Source: Azolla caroliniana
Lineage: Eukaryota; Plantae; Polypodiophyta
Reading direction: 5' to 3'
Length of the DNA: 64,000 nt
Assembly (NCBI GenBank): GCA_043228905.1
Contig: JBHGNT010000020.1
Location: 14,508,001 to 14,572,000, forward strand
Part shown: piece after piece, positions 40,228-53,399 of the stretch
How the letters are laid out: the number at the start of each line of letters is the position of its first letter
How positions within the stretch are numbered: position 1 is the first letter of the stretch
Translations under genes and position numbers: made by a program
Notes under the pieces: generated by a model
Seen by the model: the letters and a program-made list of their open reading frames with translations, nothing else
The model's database searches: none
What the model was told of the DNA's origin: nothing

Positions 40228-40399
40228 GTTCTGACAAGAGTAGAATATACCTTCTTCAAATGATACCCTTCACATTAATTTTTTTCTCATAGTTCACATT
40301 CGACCTCCGAAGACAAATACTTCTTTGTGGTGCCTGCTAGATAGATACCTCCAATCCCCTTTACTATTTCTTAATTAACTTTCATTAGATTTAACATAA

Positions 40400-42500
40400 A
40401 TATGCTAACAGCTCATACGGCATCGCCAATGTTTGGTCTCATACAAACCATTGTAGACATCAAACTACCAATGTTTGATGTCTAAGGAACTTTAGCCTTG
40501 AAATCTCCCACTTCCTCCATCTATCAAGATTGATCCTTCCATAAGTGAAAGCGACTTGTCAAGGGTGTACTAACTTAATTGAGTTGGCATTATCCATGCT
40601 AAATCTTTGCAAAACACGATCCACATACTTTGACTAAGATAACTAGAAAATATCTCTATGTTTATCAATGGTGATTTGCAAAATCTCTCTATGGTTATCA
40701 CTTTGTGATTTGTCTCTCTATGTTTATGTCAAACTCCTTTGGCAATTGTTGCTTCAACCTTTTTATATCGATCATATCTGAACTTGCTACTAACATCATC
40801 GAAATAAAGTTGTAAAATGATATAGTTGAATCTTTATCATTTGAAGTTGTAACTTTGCTCAATTTTGAAATTCTAGAAACCTTCCTTGTGCATGATGCCA
40901 TCAAACCTTTAGTACGAGTGTCTTGGGGCTTGTTTTAGGCCATAAAAACTTTTATTTCATTCACATACCATCTTTTCCTTCCCTCTTCCTTAGAAACCTT
41001 CTAGGAGGTGATGTGTATCTCCTCACCTAAGCATCCATGAAGAGATGTAGTTTTCCGGTACAATTTTTCAAGATAAAGATCTTCAATATTGACAATACCC
41101 AATATTGATCGAATAATATTGAGCTTCACAATGGGAGCAAAAACGTTACTGTAGTCAACTCCTTCCTATACTAATCTTCCACTTGGTACACCCATTTGTT
41201 ATGAGGTGCCTTCTTCCCCAAATGTAACCCAACTAGTTCCCATGTTTGGTTGGATATTCTCTACATCTTATTTTCATGGAAAGATCTTACTAGCTAGCTT
41301 CACTAGTATGATAACCTTTATCATAACATTCACACTCTCTGTCATAAGCCAACAGTAAATAGTTCATATATCTTATTAGGCCCATGTGATCAAGAAGAAA
41401 TTCTCAATACATGAGCTTGGGTAGGAGTCTCCAATGTGTCAAACTATTGTGCACTATTTTGTCTAACAAGTTCTTCTACTTGAGGATTCACTATGCTATG
41501 CAAATGAAAACAATTAGATTTCATGGTTTTATCTTTCTTCCACTCCATACATCCTCTAGTTTGTGTGCTCGAATGGAACCGGTGGGCCTTGATTGACCAA
41601 GTAAGCTAATGTGTTGAATGCTTCTACCCAAAATGGCTTTTGTAGACTTGATTGTATGCGAATGCTTTTATCTGTTTTTCTCAATGTTCAGTTCATACAC
41701 TTAGTTCAGCCATGATTCAAAGTGTACCAACATAGTTTTCTCCATTTTGATCCTGTGCTTATAGCACAACTTCTTGAATTTGGTGTATTCATGCTCAACA
41801 CCATTGTTAGTTTCATGCTTTCCAATCTTCAAACTTGTCTCTTTTTCAAGAGTATCTTTTTTCTCCCAAAGATCTCAAACGTTTTAGACTTATGCTTTAC
41901 TTCTAAGAGTGATCACTGTTAAAAGTAATCAGATAGTGTTTCCAACTAATAGATGAAAGAGTCAGTGGTTCCCAAACATCAGATGAACTAGCTCTACCCT
42001 TTCTTTCTTTAGGGTTATGCTACTTGTTTGAAAGCTAATTTTCTTATGCATCTAAGGTTACAATCGCCACTTCTGTATATGTAAACAGATTAAATTGCAG
42101 GCCTGGAACTTTCCCCTTTAAATGCTTACTTTTAATCCCCTTCTCTTTCATGTGGCAAACTTTTTAGTGCCAGAAGTTGGGATGTTCATTTCCCATTACA
42201 ACTACAATTGAACAATGTGTTTATGCTTTAGTTTCATGCAAACAATGGTGCTCTCTTCTCCACGAGAAATAATCATTGCATCCTTTGAAATGTTCCAGTT
42301 ATCACCATGGAAGATTGTAGTGTAAGTTTTGTTAACCAACAACTCTATTGAGATTAGGATCTTTCTTAGCTCAATATTCCTAACATTCTTTAGCACCCGA
42401 ATAGATTTGTTCAGTTTATCCTATTAACTACAATTCTATCAAGAATAACACGACATTAATAATCACAACAACACAACTTTCCAAGGTTGCAAGGAATTCT
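40400..42500 (-). mobile_element. Highly degenerate copia relic
   Basis: Residual RT motifs on the minus strand (GSLM...RPNI, MLVASSDMIDIKRLKQQL, LYGLKQAPR-like, GVDYSNVFAPIVK). Boundaries are approximate. Confidence 0.7.
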
Positions 42501-42669
42501 CTCATCGAAGTAACATGGAATGATTCTCTAGAACCTAATACCCAAGACTCTTCCTTTCTCTTGAAAGAGCATATAAGATGTATCATCTCCTCCTATGGTG
42601 GACGTAACATTTGCCTTTGCCTTTGCATCGTGGTCGTTAGGTGTACCCTTGTAGTGATTTCTCTCAACT

Positions 42670-43010
42670 ATGTTCTCCTTTAATATGACCCAACTCCCTA
42701 AATACACGCTAGTGCTAGATACTGCTTATCTTAAACTCAATGTCATGTACTTCAAGACTAAGTACATCTTAACTTGCCCACAAAATATTCTTCTAGTTGA
42801 CCTAACTAGTCAATCCTCTTACCCACCTTCCCTCTTTTCTCGATACATTCTGTCCTACTCATCTATGGTTTCCTAAATTAACATCTTATTGACCCATATG
42901 GTTGGGTGGCACACTAGCCACTCCTCATTTGGGGCACTATTACAAAATGTGCATGCTAGTAATACATCTGGGGATAAATTGCCAACTTGGGGTTGATCGT
43001 TGATAATACA
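42670..43010 (-). repeat. Partial LTR of the same copia family as 16205-16843
   Basis: The reverse complement aligns to ~16205-16540, e.g. ACTTAGTCTTGAAGTA and CCCCAAATGAGGAG. Confidence 0.8.
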
Positions 43011-43925
43011 CTGAGGAAGGGCAAGAAATTCAAAAACAATTGAGGAAGCCCTTGAGAATACTAGGGCACAATGGCAAAACAAGACAGAACAAGTCGCCCT
43101 ACTGAATCTAAGGGCATACCAATCTTACAAATTGAATGACAATATCGATGGTGGAGATTTCCTGCTTGTTATAATGGAATCATTGAAGCATCATGTTTAC
43201 AATACTTTGATAGAATGCTAGAACCGTGTACTAATACTTAAAATAGACAAAATGGGTCATGAAGAATGTTAGGATTTGACATGCAGGCTACAATTTTATG
43301 GGATGGGTGATTCAAAACAACAATCTCATTTGAAGTCCATTGTTATATTCAAAAACTTTTTGTTATGAAATACTCATTGATAATTTTTTTTTATGTTTTT
43401 TGATTAATCTCGTTCATCTATGATGTATTTGCAGCCTTCTCTAAGCATTTGTTCGAAATTTCAAGTGTTCAATGAGAATTTCATGTGCCGAGGTACTTAA
43501 AGAGTTTCAAAACGACTACAAAGGTGAGCCTGGCTTATGAAGGGCTGTTTTATTTCCAAACAATCATAATGATCTTACATTGGTCTCTAGATATCCATGT
43601 GATTCTCCACCTGATTATCAGGAAATTCGGAAATAGCAATGAGGGTTTTATGACCCAGTCATAGTCAAAGAAAGAAAGAGAAAGGAGCTTGTAAGGGATT
43701 ATATATGGAATCTATGTCCGTTCATCTCTTCGTCTCTGCAGCCATGATACACATCAGATGGTTATGGTTACCACAAACTGACAACTTGTGGCATAATTAA
43801 ATATAGGCCAATGCATGACATGACATGATTGATTGATTCTATGTTATTCTTTCTCTTATAGGAGCCAACAAATAACCGGATTTGCCTGAATAATCCAGTA
43901 CTTAATGTAATAATAGACCATCGGA

Positions 43926-46900
43926 ATGGCTGTGCTTTCAGGATGGATTAATGTCCCTGTTTTGCTCATTAATATCATTGCAATCAGCACCAGCTCCGAC
44001 CTCATCTTCCTCCGCACTCTGGCTCAAGGAAAGTGTTGGTATTTCTATATTCATGCAGCAGCCAATTCATGTATATGCTACTTACTCTCAACTGATTCAT
44101 GGATTAATCATTAATATTTATACTGCAGTGGGGTTCCTTAGTATAGATTGTGGATCATCCGCCAAGTCCAACTACACCAACTCATTGACAGGACTGGAAC
44201 GTCATATGGACGCCAGACACCGCGGTTTGGCCGGACATCGGGAAATGGTCTGCCACGACTAGTGTGAATCTGCCCACCAACATGATGGATGAGAAGCAGT
44301 ACTCCAGTCTGCGCTATTTCCCCACCACTATTAGTAGTAAGGCCCTGAACCAGAGCAAGTTCTGCTACACCCTGCCCACCATAGCCAGTAGCTACTACTT
44401 GGTCCGTGCCTCCTTCTGGTTCGGCCTGGTGCCGACGATCTACAAGACGCGTGTGAACGGGCAAATCAAGTTTCGTGTGATTGTGGACAACTACGAAGGA
44501 GTGGAGATCGTAATTGACAGATCGCAGAGATCGATCCACGGGTGAACGCTTCTGGACAACCAGTGTTTGACATCACTGTTAATGGGGATCTGTTTGTAGA
44601 AGGCATGGACATCTACGCCTGGGCTGGGGGCCTGTATCGTGCGTATGAATGCCACCACTCCTACCTCCTCCTCCGATGGTATGCTATGCATGTACAGACA
44701 CACACACACACACACATATTATGTAATGCGAGATATATCCATTCATTCCTCTACATTATTGAACGTCTACATGTTTGTTTAGTTAAATTTAAACAGTTTT
44801 GGCTCTACAAGATTTATTCGCAACCTTGGGAAGTTTACTCGGGGACCCATGCTTAACTCAAGGATATAAGTATTTGTGGATCGATTGTGATTATTCAAAC
44901 CCACAAAAACCGGCTAGAGTAACATCTATGTGTGTAGTAAGATTCTACAATTACTTGTCTCTGTGTGAAGCTCATTGTGGCACTGTTTCATATTCATGCA
45001 GATTGTTATCTAACTATAGTCTGGTGGGGAATCTTCCATCGAGTATCAGTAACCTGGATCAGCTTGTCAAGTTGTAAGTAGATCTCTTTTGACCCAGCAC
45101 CGTCCAACAATGATAATTTACACTACAATTTATTGTAATAATTGTACATCATATCTATGCGCAGTCTGTTTTATAATTTACGGAGTATCCAAACAATGTA
45201 TTACTCGTATACATAATTAAAAGCAAACCGAAGATATTTTAACACAATTTTGCATAACTAGATATAACTTAAGACATGGCTCATTAACTTGCTCATTTTA
45301 ATAATGTGCAGGGATCTAAGCAATAACAGTTTCAGCGGTCCGATCCCTGCCTCACTTTCAAATTTGCCGAAATTAGAATATCTGTAAGTATCCCCACATC
45401 GAATTTATTTTCTCACCTAAATGCGTGTCACAAGTCCCTTTCCTTCAGATACTTCAAATTGTTTGCTATGGTGAGTATGTTTTGATCTGACTTTTTAGTA
45501 ACTTAGCGAACAACAACTTTAGTGGGACAGTACCAGAAACGCTCCTACAAAAACAATCATCAAGCGGACTCCATTTCAGGTACGTTACCATGTTTTTAAG
45601 TAGATGTGAGCCGAAATTAATATTACTTATATGTTTGGAGAATCTACAATTTTATGACAATCTAATTCCGCATGGTTATATCACATGTTTCTGCTGATTC
45701 ATACAGAATGTGAGGGCACATTTATTCACTACAATTTCTTTTCCCCAGTTAACCACAATGATGACTATGATATATGTTGTAGAAACCAGTACGCATGTAA
45801 AGAGTTGACAACATCTAAGAAATACCATTAGAAAAATATATCACATAATGTGCTTAAATCTCTTAATTAACTTGGTATTTCGCTCCGAATTGTGGATTAT
45901 ATATATAGAATGTGCATACCTTTGTCTGTGGATTATATATAGAATATGCATACCTTTGTTACAAACACAGGAAAGAAAATAATAATACGTATGTCTTTGT
46001 GATCTGAAATGTGCTTTATTATATTCGATTGAAGTCATCATAATTAGAAAAGAATTCAGTGACAAGTAGTTTGATGTTTTCGGTTTTTAGTTACGATGGG
46101 AATAGCTTTCTATGTGCTACAGGCAGTCCTACTTGCGGAGTTCCCCATCATCATCAAACCACAAAAAGCTTATGATCGGTTTCATTACCGGTGGACTACT
46201 ATTATTGATTATCTTGATATTAGCAATTCTTTGGTTCTTCAATCAAAGGAGGACTCGAGCAAATCACAATATACATGAAATGCAACTAGTACAACATCAA
46301 ACTCCCACCCATCCTACACCTTCTGAGCACCGAGATCCTTCTGGTATGTTTTGTAATTGCCCTTAATAGTATAAGAACTCTTCATTTTCTTTTAGCTTTT
46401 ATTTATGATAAGGACGCTTCATTTACATTTGATTTTAACATACAAATAATGGTTTCAAAGAATCGTAGAAATCAACTTCTGGACGGAAGATAACATTATT
46501 TTACTTTGTCTTCAGTCAATGTTAAGACAGAAGAGCTAAGTAATGCTACTAAAGTCCAACAACAATTTACTTTTCAAGAGATCCAAATTGCAACAAATAA
46601 TTTCTCAAAGGTCGTTGGTCAAGGTGGTTTTGGTCCGGTATATAAGGGAAATCTTCCAAATGGTTTAGAAGTCGTTGTTAAAATATTATCAACCACCTCA
46701 ACACAAGGACCACAAGAATTTCTCAATGAGGTATTTGGTTTCTCTACATCTATATGAAATATTTCTTTTCTTTTTTGTGCATGGATCATGGAAAGTACTC
46801 TTCCATATAAAAGGATATTAGCATCACTGACGTAATGAATTTCAAAAAATATCAATTCACTTACAACCTAACTCCTTTGCAATTTGAAAGAGATCGATTT

Positions 46901-49168
46901 GTTCTAGAACAAATAGAATGCCATAATAAATCCTTGAGGGGTCTAAAAGTATAATCTATTCAATTAAAAGATCTTATATGGAACTGTCCCTACAGACGTA
47001 GTAGAAACAAGGTAAATCATATGGGTTGATTTAAGGATCATTTGGCCTCAATGAAGAATCCACTTTTTTCCCTTGTTGCAAACTTGTGCATCTCCATGAC
47101 CTTTTTTATTTATCATAAAATCACTGTGACCTTCTTGTTATTGCATTTAAGTTAGTTTATGTTAAGATTTGTCCTGGTACATAAATTCCTATATTTGATT
47201 TTTAGCACTAATGTAAATCTTCCCTTAGACTTCTTTGGTGTTAAAATAAATCTTTCCTAGATCACTATACCATGTTTGCTTTCATTCTTTGGCAATGTTC
47301 AGGCCTTCTCTTCACGTTGAATTAGTGATGTTAATACATTATTGTCACCAAAAAACATTGATTACAATTCACTCCATTTTATGTTGGGCTCATAAGTTTG
47401 GGATACTAACGTTTTCTTTGGAAATTGTATGTCACTCTTCTCATAATTTTGCTATACTAACTTTTTCTTTTGAAATGTAGGTTACTCTTCTCTCTCGTGT
47501 GCACCACAAAAACCTTGTTGGATTTGAGGGCTATTGTATTGAGGAATCTCTAGTGTTGGTTTATGAATTTATGTCAAATGGTTCATTGCATGATTCCATA
47601 TCACGTAAGATAACCTATACTTGATCTTCGTTTGCTCACATTTGTCCCCAACTGGAAGCTACTCCTTTGTCCCTAAAAAGTCACATATTCATTTCATCAA
47701 TAAATTAGGGATATGTAGGATAGTATTTTATATCATTTGAACAAACGATCCCCATTCTATTGAATATCCCATGTTGCATTAAATTTATGGTGTTTTAAGA
47801 TTCTCGAAAATGAACAAGATTTGTGGTTTTGTAGAAACTATAATTTAATGGTTTTTTCTCACAATGTAACGTAATTATTTACTTAAGGGTGACTTTACAT
47901 TAGAAGTGTTTGTTTCTTTATTGATTACAAAAGGAAGAAAAGAAACACAAACTCTAACATGGCTTGAGAGATTACAAATTTTATTTGATGCCGCACAAGG
48001 TAAGGAGATTTCCATATTCTTATCATTTTCATACCATAAGTGCATATTGTGTGTTAAAATGATGATTTTTTTATATAGGACTTGCGTATCTACACCATGG
48101 ATGTAACATTATTCATAGAGATTTGAAGAGTAGCAATATTTTAATATCTAAAAATCTCGAAGGGAAGATGTTTGACTTTGGAATATCTAAATTCAAGTCC
48201 GTTGATTCATATACAGAGAACATAGCAACAAGGCTAGTTGGTACTTTCGGGTACATAGATCCATAGTAAGTCTTTGGGCTTATAATCATGACAAGGGAAG
48301 AAATTTTATACTATTGATAGAAGATTTGAAAGCAAAGTATGGTGGAGGATTATTTGAATAATTTTAATGCAGAGATTAATTAAAGAGATGAGGAAAAGTG
48401 CTGGGTATGGTAAAAGCTTCATCAAGAAGGAGAAGAGTTCATTTACAATATTTCTTTATTTGTTTTTTAACTTTTGTATTTTTATTTATTGGTCTTTACT
48501 TCTGGAAAAGGAAAGCGAGTAAATAATTATTTATTTGACATGTATATTTCTTCTAATATCGTTATTATTATTATTATTATTATTTAAATAGGGGTTGTTT
48601 TTTATATTGTTTAATGTATAGAAACTCTAGAAAATCCCCGAGAATTCCTCAAATTTTGATGGTATTCTATGTTCACTTTTATATCATAGGTATGCGTCCA
48701 CATTACAATTGACAAAGAAGATTGATATATTTAGCTTTGGGGTGGTTCTCTTGGAAGCATTATGTGGACAACCACCCATCTTGAAAGATATGGAAACAAA
48801 AAATGGAGATATCCACATTGTGGAATGGGTATGATAACTAATCATTTAGAAATTATATGATGGTTAATGATATTTTGAAGAAACTTTGAACACGTTCTAT
48901 TGTTGGATAGGTAAGACCGGCATACGAGCGAGGGATCATAGAAAACATTGTTGACAAACGACTTGAAAATAAATATAATTTATCACCCATATGGAAAGTT
49001 GCAGAGATCGCCATGACATGTGTCCAATTTGAAGCGGTAAAGAGACCTACAATGAATGGTATTTGTACTGACCTAAATGAAGCCATAAGAATGGAATCTA
49101 GTCATGAATCGTCACCGTGGACCACCAATGAAGTTTCAACAATGTATTCACATGTACAAGTTCAATGA
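43926..49168 (+). pseudogene. Malectin-like/LRR RLK pseudogene
   Basis: Same exon series as the intact gene. It has a frameshift in malectin exon 2 (~44200-44265), internal deletions at ~44545 and ~44660, and a TA|G stop formed at the splice junction at 48264. Kinase motifs VVVK, HRDLK and DFG; terminal stop 49166-49168. Confidence 0.88.
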
Positions 49169-49439
49169 TGAATACTGTTGTTAGTAGCAATGCTTACATC
49201 ACATGTATATGCATAGCTTGTAAATATGTTTTCTTGGACTTTTAAGTAAGCTTTTCTATAATAATAAAAAACTTTATATTTAATATATTGAATTGGGTGA
49301 ATATGCATTTCAAAACATGAGAGAGCTTGATTTTATCAAATTATTAAGCATCTTAGTCTATTAAGAATAATTTATTGACATGGAGCTTATATGATACATA
49401 GACTTTAGTTTTGTTAATATTCTTTAATTTGGTTTCAAT

Positions 49440-49920
49440 GTAAATGTAGAGAACATTTTACTGTAAACTATTTTAGTTTTTACCATATATTAGAAATCTA
49501 GATAGTGAAGGACATTCTAATGCCACCATGAATCTAATACAATATGAGACATTTTAATGATGTTGTCATAAATTTTTAAATGGTCCAAGGTATATGTGAC
49601 TGAGGAAAAGAAGGTTCATATGAAGCTTAGTAATGAAAAACTGGAGTGAGTAAATTATCTTGCTTGAAAGTGCATCATGGAAGGAGCCATTTGACATAAA
49701 TTCATAAAGTTCCAACACCAATAATCTCTATGGAATAACCCACAAATCCAACAAGGTTCTTATGATGAGCACGAGAGAGTAGAGTGACCTAGAATTCAAA
49801 CAAAAGATAATCTATGTTTTTATCTCTATTCTACACACACAAAGTCATTCTCTGTCTCATATTTTTCCCAAAACATGACCAATTTGGGATTTAGTCATTA
49901 TCCCTATGGTGAACTGAAGT
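49440..49920 (-). pseudogene. Orphan kinase exon (VTLLSRAHHKNLV...) joined to a piece of RLK upstream sequence
   Basis: ~49465-49800 resembles 29030-29290. ~49815-49925 resembles 38260-38372. Confidence 0.7.
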
Positions 49921-52489
49921 GACCCTAAACCCTAAACACAAATATAGTCACTACCTGAACCGTTGATCTCGATATTCTATCAAACAAATTCTAATCCTAC
50001 TTGTTGCACGCCTTAATCCACTCTATTATCAAGAATTCATCACAATTAAATCCATAGCTGACTGAATTATTCATTGCCAAATCTCCTATTGCATCACATT
50101 AGTTGATCACAGTCACCAATTTCCGGCCAAATGACGGTGTCACGCACCCAATGGATTGTATTGGAATGGTCAGTGTAATTTGATGCCTCATAGGACCAAC
50201 AATCGATGGTCAAGAACCCTTAGGCTAGAGAAATCAAACAATGGCAACCTATGACATTAATGAGAGATATATGCATGTATGTGTATGTTTATGTACAGAT
50301 ATGAATGTACGGAGTAAATTGCCCAAGGGATTTTGAGACAGGGTGGAGGGGAGGAGGTGGAGTTCATTGGTGCCAAGGAGAGTGATGTCTAGAATTAAGT
50401 ATAGAAGGGGAAGGATATTCATGATCGACACACAATGGAGGCATTTTATAATAATGAATTGGTAACTCTTCTTCTTCTACTGTTATAGTCTTCTAATGCT
50501 CTAAGATTAATGATGGTGATACAAGCTATTAACCATTTATCGTTCCTATATAATAAAGGCTGATTCCCAACACCTAAGATATCATCATGTTTCTTACACA
50601 TTTGAGATTGGAAATATTAAGCCTGATAGGGTTTGTGACAACTAAAGAATCCATATTGTTTCCCTTAACAATATAAATATGAAGCTAAGATACCATTATA
50701 GGGACTTTACGTCCAAAGGTTGAAGACACGAGATTCTAGTAGTGTGGGCTAGGCATTTATCTTGGCAATCATGTTACCTCTTCCAAGGTACTAGTTATCC
50801 CATTCTACACTTGTTGGTATGGGATATCCATGATAGATTGGCTATTTCTCGATCATAGCCCGATATATAGGGGGGATTACTTTCCTACTCGTCTATTTAC
50901 CGTTTTCACTTGAATTTTGTTTACTATATAGTAAGAGGTCCTCAACAAGAATGTATACAAAACACATACACATACTTGTATTTTGTTGACAAAGTTCTTC
51001 ATGAGTGGGAGAATCGTGATTTTGGTGGGTTTATGTTATATGGTATAGATGATAGGAAAATTTTGAGCTATTCAAGAATAAGATAGCCAACACTCTTTTT
51101 GCTAATGTCGACAAGGATAAATGACAAGGTTAGTGAAAATCTTTGATGGAGGACGCATTATCGTTATGGAAATTTTTTCATAAAAAATCAATGATCTAGA
51201 CTCAACGATTAAACCATTTTTCCCTCGAGAATCCTTCTTTTGAGGAAGGATATCTATGTTGCCTTCGTTTTAATACCATGGCTGAAATTATGGAATGATA
51301 TGCGTATCATTGAAAAAAGGGAAGCATCAAGGCGATTGGGGAACTAGAAGTTCATAAATGGAGGCACCACATCATGGAACAATTTCTAGACTCAAAGGGG
51401 GAGAAAGTAGACCATGTCTGCATTTATTTCATATAAAACACACAGGAATAGGAGGATGTCAATGTGTTGTTCACTTGCTATATCTCACTAGAGAGAATGT
51501 CATCCCAGTGACGCGCCATGCCTTATAGAAATTGAAATACCACAGGATGGGGTCCCTAGTTTGATCATGTCAAAGAAATTCGTCGATTAGCCATCCTGCT
51601 TAATCCGCTTAATTTGGAGCACATGAGTTAGCTCAAAATAGTCCATAAAATATGCATAGAAAACAATGACATGATAGATAATGAGAAAGGACAAAAAGGT
51701 AAATTCTCACTATTTATCAATAGGTATATAAGTTAACAAAAAATGAGGGTTTTTAGTCCCTACCAAAACATTTATCTGTGTTGTCTTTTGTGTGTCTTGT
51801 TCACCATTTTTCTACAGAAAAACAACAACTCGTCTGCTTCCCGTTGCTCCTCCAACAATGGCATCAGAATGAAGGACTATGTGCAAGACATTGTCTGTTG
51901 TAGAAATCATTTGGTTTCTTTGTCTTTGCCCCTCAGCGTATGATGTTTTTCAAGAACTCAGCAAATAAAGATACTATCTACTACTTGCTATGTTATAACT
52001 CATTTTTCACTCTTTTGTGAGCCATTATTGCTTTGGAACACACCATTCAAGAGGTGTTTTCCACTCTTTTCGACCTAAAGATAGTAGAAACAGCAAACAT
52101 GTATCTACTAGTTTTTGGGTTTCAAAAAACAAGGACTATTTCTAGTATACAAAAGAGAGGATTTGCATGTTAAATGTTTTCTCATTTGAGGTGAGATTCT
52201 GAGATTGGAAGTTGCGTTTCATTTACCTTTGGCTGAAATACGAGTGACTCAACATTGTTCTCAGGTGAACCCACATAGCTCTTGTTTTGGGGGGGGCTAG
52301 CTGCACATACATACCTTTGAACACATTGATAGTTGTATTTGAGACCTACAAGTGAGTAGTGTCCCAACTATCATTAGGTGCTTAGAGTTGCAATCGACTA
52401 GGTTTACTTACCACCCAATGGCTTCTGAAATGTCCGAGGTTTCATGTACTTGACGCAGCGGTTCCTTTAATTCCCATAGAAATTACTCT

Positions 52490-53278
52490 ATGAGTGGAAA
52501 AGACCACTTAGAGATCCGTAAATTTGACGAATCCAACATCGGCTTGTGGAAGAATCAGATGAGAGATATTCTGATTCAAAGAGGAAGACAATCTAGTGGT
52601 CCCTCTTCCTCCATGGAAATAGAGGAAGTAAATGCAACATGTGATGAGATGGACATCATGGTCTTACATGATATTAGCACACATGTTGGGGTGAATATGG
52701 TTTTTTCTCCATCACATATGTTGTTGCTGGACTCTAGTGCATCATTCCATGTTACTCCACATAAAGAGTGGTTTACATGTTATGAAGCCAAGTCACTTGG
52801 GAAAGTTAGACTTTGAGACTCACATTAGTGTGATGTGATTGGCAATGGAGATATCTCAATGCACTTTAGTGATGGTTCTCATCTTACCATTAAAAATGTA
52901 CCCCATATTCCTCAACTAACTCGCAGTCTAATGTCCGTTGGTCAGCTTGATGACAACGGATATAAGGTGATATTTGCTTCCAAATCCTTTCGTATAATGA
53001 AAGGAAATATGATTGTCGCAAAAGGGAACAAAGTTGGTTCCCTCTATCCTCTATTTGTTCATAAAAAAGAACATATATTGGTTGTCACAGACCAACAAAT
53101 GATGAGCATTTGGCATGGTCATTTAGGCCACATGTAAAGAAATGGCATGGAAATTCTATCTCGTTATCGCCACTTACCTAAGTTGACATTCTTTAATTTT
53201 GCCTTATCTGAACATTGCCAACATGGTAAGCAAACTAGGAGCACAAAGACCACTGTTAACTCATCCACTAAAAACACC
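52490..53278 (+). mobile_element. Deleted copia gag/PR/pre-integrase relic, cut off abruptly at ~53278
   Basis: Motifs KFDESNIGLWK, LLDSSASFHVT, WHGHLGHM and CQHGKQTR; the expected LVHSD integrase core does not follow. Confidence 0.78.
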
Positions 53279-53399
53279 GGGTCATTTGAAACAAGTAATA
53301 TGTCGTATTCTCTTTTGCCATAGTTGGTGAGATGCAGAAAAGTACCCTAATTTAGCATGATTTCGAAAATGTACAATGCATGCGTACCTATTTTGTGAA

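Noticed and set aside
39867-40292. His/Tyr/Cys-rich ORFs
   Set aside because: They are translations of a microsatellite.
50200-52400. Possible decayed TE or gene remnants
   Set aside because: No motif could be identified with confidence by eye.
53266-53275. CACTA terminus (CACTAAAAAC)
   Set aside because: It still reads as copia coding sequence (SSTKNT), and no subterminal repeats or partner end are visible; not fully excluded.
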